From positions 186,001 through 250,000 of the forward strand of contig RSEE01000018.1 in NCBI GenBank assembly GCA_003971905.1: DNA of 64,000 nucleotides, given 5' to 3'. This document shows, one piece after another, positions 51,428-61,871 of this stretch (the stretch's first letter is position 1; every line of letters starts with the position of its first letter). The notes below the pieces were generated by a model that saw only the letters and a list, made by a program, of their open reading frames with translations, was not told the DNA's origin and made no database searches. Source of the stretch: Moniliella sp. 'wahieum'. Taxonomy: Eukaryota. The translations under genes were made by a program, and so were the position numbers.

Positions 51428-53112
51428 TCAAGCGACGGAACGCGTCGCCTTAGCCCCCCGTGTTCTGCTTTGGCGCCGGGGTGGGAGTGGAAGAGCCACT
51501 TTTGCCGCGCGGCAAGGAGGTGGGCGCGGGGCGGCGCCGGTCGGGCTGGCCGAGGCAGGCGACGCTGGGTTGGCTCCAGGACCAAAGGGGAAACTTGGCA
51601 TCATCCCGCCCATGGGCATGAGCGGAGCTTGGGGGAAAGCCATGCGGGCATCATTCCAAACCACCTCCACCCCCGACGGCGGCCCCGAAGGGGAGCCTGC
51701 CGGGGAACCTGCCGTCGCACTGGGCGCTTGGACTTGGGATTGAGGTTGAGGTTGAGGTTGAGGTGGGGCTTGAGGTGGGACTGGGGGTTGGGCTTGTTGG
51801 ATCGAGGTAAGAATGTTGATCACCGTTGTGAGTTGGGGAGGGGAGAGCTTGTCCCACCGAATGGAGACGTGGAGGATCTGGACGGGAGGCGAACCGGGCG
51901 CAGTGGGGGGAACGACTTGGGTCAGGCCGACAAGTACCGCAGGTTCCTTTTGATCCGGTGCCGGCGGACGCGGAGCGGTTTCAGGGCCAACTCGGACGCC
52001 AGTGTGGGTGCCGGAAGCCAAGGCAGAGACGAGGTAGGGTGCGGGAAGAGGGTGAATGCCGGCCTGGGTAAGACGGGTGAGCCAGGTTAAGGGGATCTGG
52101 AGAACAAAAGGACACCCATTTCGTGGGGTGCTGACGCAGCCGGAGCAGTCGCAGTCGGGGCGGGGGCCCGACGAACCCATGCCGGGGAAAACAGGGAGAT
52201 GCACCATGCCAGGAAAGTTCATTGGCACGCCCTGCGGCGGAATGCCAGCGCCGGGTCCAGGGAAGGGAGGGCGTGCACCGAGGCCAACACCAGCTCCTCC
52301 GCCCGCTCCCGGTCCTGCACTGGGCGCACCAACGGGCGAAGGGGAAGACGTGCTGTTCGGCACACCGCCACCCGCCAGAGCTGCAGCTGCGGCTGCCGCA
52401 GCAGCTGCCAACTCGGACTTGGATTTCCTTCCTCTCTTTTCTAGGTGGTGGCTTGGGCCAGGCTGGTGGGGTATGAGTCGAAGGTCCCGAAGACGACGAG
52501 GCGGGCGCAGGCGCGGTAGCAGGTGCAGCGGGAGCGCTGGTGGCAGACGCCGTGGTAGAGGGCGTTGGGGCTGTCGTTCCGGATGGAGGGGAGGCAGCAA
52601 GCTGGGGGATGGTGGTCGTCTTGAGGCGGGGCGGAGGTGCTGCTGGGAAGGGTGGCGCGTAGACGGGGGTTGGCACGCGTCCAGCCGTCGTACTCGGCAC
52701 GCGTGCGCGCTAAGGTGGCGGCCTCGCTAGCCAGCAGCGCGCGTTCATCCTCGGTGGCCAGGTGGTCGAGCTGGAGCAGCATGCTGGTGGCACATGGGGT
52801 GCGGGTGTCGCCGCCGTCGGCGCGGACGAGGGAGTGGCGGAAGCGTGTTTGGAGGGCAGAGAAGCGAGACCAGAGAGCGGTGCAGCGGTGGTCCTCGTCG
52901 ACGGGCGCTTCGAGCGCGCCGTCGTCGGCCGCAACGGTCTGCCAGACGTGGTAGGGCAGCAGGCGGGCCACGGCTTCCTGTGCGCTGGCGAACGGCGTGG
53001 CAGCGGCGGGCGCGAGGGCGGCGTGCTGGTCGTGGGCGAGGGCGCGGGCGCTGTGGGTGGCGGTGCTGGTGGCCAGCGCCTCCCACTCGGGCAGCGCCGC
53101 GTCGAGCGCCAT
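51428..53112 (-). CDS. GLTSCR1/BICRA-domain chromatin protein; frameshifted
   Basis: TPFASAQEAVARLLPYHVWQ matches the GLTSCR1 conserved motif (PF.s..dA..RLLPYH). It is followed by a coiled segment, an AT-hook-like KRGRKSK, Pro-rich tracts and a compact C-terminal block. Confidence 0.72.
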
Positions 53113-53348
53113 GGACTCAGGCTGGGACGCTCGTGCGCTTATAGGCAATGGAATTCTCCTCGCTCGCCTGCCGCGCCCTCTCCCAGCGGGTCCAGCATCT
53201 GCCTCCCGGCCTGCCTGCCTGCGCCAATTCCGCCCGCCTATATGTCCCCGCCCATTCCGCCCTACTTTATTGCAGCATCCGTACATCCAGGACAGGATCG
53301 TGGCAAGCAGGCGCACAGCGGTCATTGATGATGCCCCCTTGGCCTCCT

Positions 53349-54096
53349 CTAGTCTAGCTCCAGCTCGTGCGTCTCGAGCGGCGTCTGCGCGGCCCCCCGC
53401 CTGCCCGCCTTCTCCTCAACGGGAACGGCCGCCGCCTCGGGCGCGGTCGCCGCAGGCGCCATCCCCCACTGGTACACCTCCTTGACGTTCCGGGCAACGA
53501 GTGAGATGACGCGCTTGCACGCCATTGACCTATGGTTTGGGAAAGGCAGGGCCATGGCCATGTCAGTACTGGGTACCCCCGTCCAAGTCAGAAGCTAGAA
53601 AGAATCACGTACCACACAGTAGCGCTCACCGCGCCAGAAGGAGCACCAGGGAGGCTGAGGAACCTACCCAACGGGCCCAGCCACTCGCCTCGGCCCGAGT
53701 CGGGGGCAGGTAGAATATGGGCGTCTTGCGATGCCAGGTAGTGATGAGCATGGGGAAGATGGTGGTGAGGAAAAACATCACGACCTTGAATACCAGCGTA
53801 AATCCGGTCCTTGACGTGGCCAGCTTCGCATTCACTTTTTCCAGTTGAGCCAAAGACTTGTCACTGTGGCGCTTGAGCCGAGCCCACTTGGCAAATTGGT
53901 CTTTGGAGCTGGTTTTGGAAAGCTGGCTTTTGGTAGCGAGGATGTCCTTGCGGAGGCGGGTGCGTTCGCGGATGGTGGAGCGCTGGACGACGTGCATGTA
54001 CACGACGTGCAGGCCCTCCAGCAGCACATCGTGGCCCACCCATGCAACCGCCTGGGCAAGGAAGCACACGACGAGAATCAGCAGCGCTGGGTGCAT
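53349..54096 (-). CDS. GET1: GET1/WRB tail-anchored protein insertion receptor
   Basis: TM1, then coiled coil with TSSKDQFAKWARLKR, TM2, W..KTPIFYLPP and AP.GAVS..VW. Intron at ~53530-53612 (GTACGT..CTGAC..TAG). Confidence 0.9.
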
Positions 54097-54858
54097 CGCA
54101 GCTGCTGGCAACGCTTTCGGTGGGAGGGCGGGGTGATCGGGGCTGGGTGCAACGGTCACCTCAAGCCGACAGGTCGAGGTGGTTGGTGGTTGCTTGGACC
54201 GGGATGGAGGCCGTGCAAAGCACCATTCACCCTTCCGCATCGCAGCGGACGTGGCAGGCTGAACGTTTGGGTCGAACGTTCAATTGAGGAGGGTGGGGAC
54301 GGATGACGTAACCGGGGAGTCTGATTGAAACGCAGCCCCTCGGACGGGGACTTGAATACTTTTAAGGACAAGGAATGGGAAGCAGTGCGATTTGAAAGTT
54401 GAACATTGAACTGGGAAGATGGCAGTGACATGTGGCATGCGAATGGTGCCACGACCGGGACCAATTAATCAACGCTGCGGCGATTGGCGAAGGTGATCGA
54501 TGATCGATGATCGATGATCGACGATCAACTCGATCCTCCATCCTCCAGTTCCGCCAGGTTCCGCCTTGGCCGCTCCAGCTTTCGGAAGAGCAACAGTGGA
54601 GCAACTGCGCGGAGTTGGCTGCCGCCGTGCAGGGGGCAAGTCGCTCCTGCGCTCGAACCGCAGCTACACTGCTCCTGTGCCTGGGATCGCTCCCTGCCAT
54701 CACTTCAGCCTATAATTCTTCGCCGTGAGACTCGCCAAGCCGCTCTCGAGCTCTTGACGTTCGTGCCCTCTTGCATCTCGATGGCCAATTCAGATCTCGT
54801 TCCTCCCACCCTCTCTTCGCCGGCTCCTTAGGCACACCACCCCTTCTGTCCCGTCGCG

Positions 54859-55561
54859 ATGTGGATCCTCCGGCTCGTCCAACCCATCGCCTTCGTCTTC
54901 CTTGCTCTGACTGTGGCTTTGGGTGCACAGGCCCAAAGCCCAGCAGCAGCAAGCAAGTCTTCCTCCATCAGCATCCCACCCTCCGCCCCCGACGGTGCCA
55001 TCAGTATGATCAAGCCAGGGCAAACGGGCGACGCATCGTACTACAAGATTGGGCAGGGCAACCTCATCAGCTTTGCATGGAACTACTCGGACGTCATTAT
55101 TACCCCCTCCACCTTGCATATCTCGGCCGTCTGCAGTGCCAATGCAGTTACCTACGACCTCGGCGGGGTTGATGGTGCATCTACCGAGTTTGTCTTCGAC
55201 CCATACCAGTACAACGTAAATGCCCCAAGTCCCAGCTACCTCAGCTGATGCAAGCCAGCTACCGCTTGCTGATTACCAACCGGACGCCACAGCCTCAGCG
55301 CCAGGTGTGGCCGCGGGCAACTCAAAAGTCACCTTTGCCATGTACCATCCGCAAGCGTACACGCCCTTGTCAGGTACGTCCCTCCTTCTATGGTTGCTTC
55401 AGTTTTGACCTAACATTCTGAGGATATCAGAATGGACGTGCGCACAATGTAGCGGCGTAAGTAGATTTCTCCCCACCAAACCGTTAGTGCTGGGCGCCCG
55501 TCTCTTTTGTCGCTATGGGTTGGGGGGATATAATGTCCTCTCACGCACCTTGGGCATCTAG
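54859..55561 (+). CDS. Conserved-looking fungal secreted/membrane protein of unknown function
   Basis: Signal peptide; GAISMIKP..SYYKIG..ISFAWNYS; FAMYHPQAYTPLS. After an intron at 55373-55430 it continues EWTCAQCSG and ends in a hydrophobic tail. One frameshift near 55240. Confidence 0.7.
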
Positions 55562-57044
55562 CCCCACACCATTCCGTTCGCAAGGCAACCCCTCTCCCAA
55601 CGTCAAAAGGAACACAATGCCCTATTTCTTTTACGGACTCTCAACATGTCTTTTGTTCGCACATCATCATCCCCTCACCAATGATCATGATCGGCTGTAC
55701 TTCAGTCTCCTTTGTCAGATTTCAGATTCTTTCCCGTTCTATTAAGCAGGATCTACACGTCGAACTGCATGGGCCGTCGACGTGTTGGCAGGGTTAGTCA
55801 GGGGGGTTGACCTCCCTGTCCTCGGCGCGGACGGAGAGTATTGGTCACTCTTCCCTACTAACATAGGGCTCAATAACAAGGAAGAAGAGCAGTGAAGTGA
55901 TGGCCGATAAGAAGCGTGACGAAGGGATGAAGCTCCGTTGCCTAGAGAAAAGCCTCAATTTGATGGTACTCGATGAAGAGGAAAGTGGTTATGCGAGCCA
56001 GCCCCGAGGATGGAGCACACCGTTCTGCGCTTGGTTCTCTAGGTTCGAAAAAAGCATGTTGTCTTCCGGAGCCCGCTTCTCTCCGGTCCTGAGAAAGGCT
56101 CGATGAGCAAGTTCGATTCCCCTTTGATGGTACACAACTCTGACATTTGCTCTAATGATGCGGATAAGGAAATCTCGATGCGCACCCACGGGCGGTTCTT
56201 ATGTCTCTCCCCTACACAGGCCAACGCGTTCCTGATGTTGCGGTGGCTACTACTGTCGATGATGCCAACGAGACAGCCCGTAGTGCTCTCGGTACTCCTG
56301 GTGTGGAAGAATTGGACTTGGATTTTACCTCGGCCTCCGTCCCAGCACTTGCGCCCGCTACTTGCTTCCAGCCTACCTCGACTCTGACACTGATCTTACC
56401 CACTTATCCTTTCCCTGTGACGTGATATGGGCACGTCAACCACTCAGGCGAAGATAGTACCTTCTCCCCTGTGTCAGAACAAGCCGACTCGTTGAGGATG
56501 GGGGTGAGCCGAAACCTTGGTCCCAGGACGGGGACAAACCCGTCCAGCACTCGATCCTGTCGCGTCCGTGCCCGAAGAGAACTTACCGCGGATGAGGCGC
56601 GGGTCTTCTCTTCCGCTTTCAAATTTGTGGATGCACCAGTGGTCGTGCCTAAACTCACGGCACCATCCAAGTATGCTTCCTGTGCGCCCCATCCTCCCAC
56701 CCAAGTCACCCAGCCAGGCTGAAAACTGCAAGTCCACAGTGGTAGAGAGGGGGATGCTAGAGAAGGGGACGCAATGATACTTGCGGGCCGAGTGACCGGT
56801 TGTCTGGTGACCGGTGAGACCAGATCGATCGGTGATTCGATGAGCTTAATGAGCATTTGCAATTGTTTTTTTTCTTTTTTTTCAAATGCCGACCTATCTA
56901 GACCGACCCCGGCCAAGTTTTTTGTTGTGGCTACGATCGGACACGAGTACCATTCACTTACTGATCCACCATGCCAGGCCAAGACAGGCATCGCAGACGA
57001 CAACCGATGCCGCTTTACAACCATCCTCCGAATCTTCCCATACC

Positions 57045-57719
57045 ATGATCCCTGACGTGCCTCCTCCGCCAGGGCGCACACTTGCTGATCGGAGGGCGGC
57101 GCTGGAACGGCTCAAGGTGGCCAAAGGCCAAGCTGGTCGGGCCAATGCCAAAGTGCTGGCTGCGTCCGAAGCTGGGTCCAAGAAGGCGCTCATGGGACGG
57201 ACGAGCGAGCACAAGGCACGTAAATTGGCTGCAGCGCAGGCTGAGCTGGACCGGCTCGAGGCGGAGGCGCGGGGGGAGGATGCAGATCGGTTGGCGCATT
57301 GGAACTACTCGGTCGAAGAGACGGAACGCTGGAGCGCCACATGGAGGCCAAAGCGGCGGTAAAAGATCAAGGTGCCGTGGACCATACGACCGCGGCAGAG
57401 AGCGTATGCGCGCAAGGTGCGTGCCCTCCCTTGCCCGCCTACGTCCCAGCGGGACACGGGGCGGCAGGCGGGTGAGGAGCCAGAGGAAGGATATGGCTCG
57501 CATGCCCCTTCCGCCGAGGCGGTGGATGCGGTTGTGGAGCACATGGCTGCTGAAGCGACCAATCGCGCGTCGCGCAGCCGCAAGCGCGCTACTGACCCTG
57601 AAGCCGAAGTCACTTACATTAACGAACGCAATCGTCAGTTCAACGACCGTGTGTCGCGCTTCTACGACCGCTACACCAAGGAAATCCGAGACAATCTTGA
57701 GCGCGGCACCGCGCTTTAG
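57045..57719 (+). CDS. SYF2: Pre-mRNA splicing factor SYF2 (NineTeen complex)
   Basis: GEDADRLAHWNYSVEETERW and the diagnostic C-terminus VTYINERNRQFNDRVSRFYDRYTKEIRDNLERGTAL*. Confidence 0.95.
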
Positions 57720-58717
57720 CAAACCGAACCTGTACCTATATACATCGTCCCCCCCTACTTGTTTTGTACTTGCCCCATGGTTATTGGCATGATGATTCCA
57801 CACCTTCAGTAGATAGATGGTATGCCTCAGAATGACAGAGTGAGATTGGGTCAGGTGCCACTAGGCGGGAACGCGTCGCACGCCCTTACGAACCAACCCG
57901 GCACAGAGGAGGGACACATCGGTCAGAGGGCAGGGGGGGATGCATTTTGAGATAGAAAATTGTCGAGCAGAGCCAGGCCACGGAGGCCAAGGGGGATGGA
58001 CCAGCAAGGAGAAAAGGGGAGAACCGAAAAGCAAAAAAGAGATGGAGCATGGGTATGCTGAGATCAAAGCAAAAGCTAGTGGAGAGATGAACGAGTGTGT
58101 GACCAGCGACAGGCTGGAGAAGAGAGCAAACTATACGTTTCCCTTAGTCCTTGGCCACAGGCCAGGGTGTGATAAGGATGGGTGTAGCCGCTGAACGAAA
58201 AGCCTCATGAGGGAGGGAAGAATGCAAGACAAGCAAGCCTTCGCCCCGGAAATTGCCAGTCAGGCAGAAGGACGTGATTGCAACTACCTCAAGCGGAGGG
58301 GGAGGCACAATCGAAAGGCATTGCGAACCTAGAAAGTGGCGAGAACAAGAAACGAAATGTGTGGCCCGTCAAACTCTGCTCCTCACACTGAAAAGCGAGT
58401 ACGAGGCATGCTGGAAAAGAATAAGGGGGTCGTCCGTAGCAGAGCAACACAAATAACAGCGGCTAGGAATTGTAGCATTGTCGAGCGATGATGAGGCAGC
58501 GGATGCGGTGCATGCTGCCAGACAGGACAGACAATGAAAGAAGAGGAGAGGGGCCAGCCCTGGCACCGAGAGTTGGGGAAACGGAGAAGTGGGCCAAGCC
58601 CCTTTTCGGCCGAAAGAGATATTGAGAAAGCGAACAAAGAGCGAGCAACGGTCTGAAGATAGGAGGGCGATCAAACCCGCTGCGCTAGACGGGCTGGGAG
58701 AGAACGGGGTTTGGGCT

Positions 58718-60058
58718 TTAAGCAGCGCAGCCACACGTAAGGAATTTGATGAAGCCGGACGACTTGGGCGGTGCCTCGGCGGCAGGCACTCCTCCTGGAG
58801 GAAGTGTGCGCCTTTTCCCATCGTGCCCTCGGTTCCCGGGGGAGGACCAGGCGTGGCTGGAGCATGCGAGTCCCGCATCGTTCCATCATGCAGCGCAATG
58901 TTGCTAGCTGTGGGCGCGCCCAGCCCAGCAGAGGCAGTAGCAGGGGCGCCATCGGCAGGACGACGGCCACGGGAGCGGGGATCTTGACCCCACTGGTCGC
59001 CCGACAGACCTTGTGGCCGAGCAGCGGCAGCAGAAGGGCCTGTGGTGGCGGTGCGGGGGGAAACAGGAACTGCAGCAGGCGCCGGGGTTGCAGCGGGACC
59101 AGGGGTGGAATGAGACGAGCGAGCGTCCCAGCCTTGTCCGCCGTGGAGCAGCATCCAATCGTACTGTTGGTCCTCCACCTCGCCCTGGTGCTTCAGCACT
59201 TTGGCGAAAAGCTCCCGCAAAAAGTCGTAGTCGGGTTCCTCATCAAAGCCAAGCTTACGAACGTAGTTGAGGTAGATGGAAAACTCCTCAGGGAAGCCAT
59301 CACAAAGATCCTTGATGGGAGTGGTTTGCTTCTTTTCTCCAATCTTCTCATAACGTTGCTTGTTAGTGTTGGCTTTGAGGCCCTGCCACGGCAGAGCGCC
59401 GCGGAGAAAGTACATAAACACGTGACCCAGCGACTCGAGGTCATCGCGGCGCGACTGCTCGCGGCCCAAGTGGGTGTTGATGGACATGTACCGAGCTGTG
59501 CCCGAAAGCGACTTGCGCTCGCGATAGGGGATGTGCACCTTGGTCTTGGGGTCTCGATAGAGTTGGCCATGCCCAGATCAATGATATGGATAACATTGGC
59601 GTTGCGGGTGCCCGGACGGCCGATGAGGAAGTTGTCAGGTTTGATGTCGCGGTAGATGAGGTTCTTTTCGTGCACGGTCTGCACCCGTGTAATCATCTGG
59701 CGGGCGGTCATGCACACTGTCTTGACAGAAAATTGCGGCCACACATGTCGAACAGGTCCTCGAGCGACGGGCCGAGCAGGTCAATGACGAGAATGTTGTG
59801 CAACCCCTCCTGGCCAAAGTAGTACACCTGCGGCACGCCGAGACAGCCCGAAAGGATCTTGTACGAACGATACTCGTCGCGCAGCTGGGGCGCATCGCTC
59901 TTGCGCGGCTCGAACTTGATGGCGACTGTCTGGCTGTTGAGCAGGTTGGTGCCCTCAAAGATGACGCCAAACGAGCCCTCGCCAATCTTGCGTCCGACGC
60001 GGTAGTGGACTCCGACGACGCTTGTCGTGGCTCCGGAATAGCCCGCGTGCGACGTCAT
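58718..60058 (-). CDS. Casein kinase I, Yck/Cki membrane-anchored type; frameshifted
   Basis: [72 protein letters not shown]-terminus [12 protein letters not shown]. Confidence 0.95.
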
Positions 60059-60847
60059 GGGGAACAAGGCGGATGGAGAGGACGGGCGCGGGAGAGGGTG
60101 GTGGGGGGGGAGGGGCGTCAGATGGTGGGCTGGATCTGCATCAGCGATGAACGCCAGCGCGGCTGCGGTAGAACCGATGGCCTGCAATTGAAACTGGATC
60201 GCCGGGTGGTGCCAGCCAGGCCAGCCAGGACCACCCGCTGCCCCTGTGCCCGCCCGGCGCCCCCGTCCGCGCCACCCGGCAGCGCCTCAGCCTGCCTCGC
60301 CCCGCACAGCGCCAGTCTCCGCCGCTGCTCCACGCTCCCCCGCGGGTGGGACGGTGAGCAGACCGCCCCTGCCGTGTTTTCCTGCATCCCGCCCGCCCGC
60401 GCACCACGCATCAGGCGACACGTGCCATGTATCATGCATCCACATCACGCATTGTCATCCATCGGGCGCGTTGGTACACGCAGCTCGGCGGCCGTGTGCG
60501 CAGATGCCCCCAAGCCATCACACTGCAGTCACCTGCATCACCATGCTGATCCGCTGGGGCAAATCATCCTCCCTCCCACCAGCTGGTGGGCCTCCTGGTG
60601 GTTGGACACCCGGCCGGGTGGAGAACCATCGGCATCTCGACCACCAGCCACCGGCCGTTTGACCTGAGCCCTCCGTCACTCTTTTTAACCTCGGACGTGT
60701 CTAAACACCGCATGGGATGGATGAGGGCGTAGTAGAGCATAATTTTTCTCTTGGACAGAGACACTTTTCCAGCCCGTTGTGGCATGTGCCGATGAGTGAT
60801 GACTGTTTGCGTTGGGAAGAGGGGAAGACTTTTTCTTTCGGTCTATA

Positions 60848-60980
60848 GGCACAGCTCGTTCGAAATAGTTGACAGCTTACAACTCAACAACCGCTAGGGT
60901 GCTCAGGCGCTTCTAGAGCAAAAAAGGCACTTTAACAATTAACGAGTGTGAGGACGAGATGTCGCACCAACGCTTGTGCC
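60848..60980. mobile_element. Candidate Tc1/mariner-type MITE (~133 bp)
   Basis: TA|GGCACAGCTCGTT ... AACGCTTGTGCC|TA: imperfect TIR with TA on both sides. Confidence 0.4.
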
Positions 60981-61771
60981 TACTAAAAAGCTCGCTTATC
61001 CTCTGGTGTGCTGTTAGGGGATTGTGATACTCTATCACGAGTCATCGACTGCATCGGTCACGCCACTGGTAAGCGGAAGCCATCTCGACTTTCCGCCCAT
61101 GCGCGTGCGCAGCATTAGCTGCGCGCGCGCCTCCTTTCCCTCTTTCCTCTTCTCCCTGTTGCATTGAAGATTGGACTAGCGTCAGGAGCTTACAAGAAGC
61201 TATCTCTGACTGTTCCCATCTCTTTCGTGCACAGTTTACTCTGTTGCACTAGTCCTTGGTCCATTGGAAGCTCGTAGCTATCCCGGCGTTAACGGACGAC
61301 AGCTTTCCAAGCGATCTCCAGTGACCGACTCGTCCTCACCCATCGATCGCTCCGCATGTACCTCTCGTGCCTTGCCCATTCTTACATGTGCTAGCTATTA
61401 ACTCGGGCCAGATATAGCTTGCCCAGACTGACACGCACTGGGGCGCAGCGGGCAGCCCGCGCGTGCGCGCGCGGCCTTCCCTTCCCGTCCTTTTCTCCCT
61501 CCTGTGTCGTGACCACCACCCACGTCCTCTTCGCTCCACTCAATACTTCCGTAGGCCTTACCGCTCATAACATCTGGTCTGATACTCATGACGCCAGCCG
61601 AGAGTGTGTTGCTAATGTTAAAGTCCCCGGCCAAAAATCCCAGAGGATCCCCGGGTGCTCCCGCACACGTGTGTCACATGCCGTTGATTGCCATTGACTC
61701 GAACGTGTGTGGGTGCCTATTTGAAAATTTGAGCAGCCAAGCCCTTGGTCGTTTGTGAGCGAAAGCTCCCT

Positions 61772-61871
61772 TCTTGAATTCATATCATTGACAGAGCTTA
61801 AGGCTGGGACAGGGGGAACGCTACGTCTAAACCGAACCGTTCATCTTGCGGGGTTACTTGGAAGCGCCACC
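61772..61871. repeat. Dispersed ~100-bp repeat, copy B (copy A at 23537-23646)
   Basis: Direct visual alignment with copy A. Similarity stops after AGCGCCACC. Confidence 0.8.

Noticed and set aside
55800..56850. Possible small minus-strand gene with an intron-like GTAAGT..CTGAC..CAG at ~56586-56468
   Set aside because: No coherent or recognisable protein could be assembled in any frame.
6401..60058. Mass pseudogenisation or programmed frameshifting, since nearly every gene is split across frames
   Set aside because: The breaks are single-base indels, often at homopolymers, and hit essential genes (ATM1, BCP1, BDP1, ThrRS, CK1) whose motifs are otherwise conserved. This is typical of unpolished long-read assembly error.
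61685..61715. tRNA or Pol III gene suggested by minus-strand GTTCGAGTC
   Set aside because: No T-stem pairing, acceptor stem or cloverleaf could be built.
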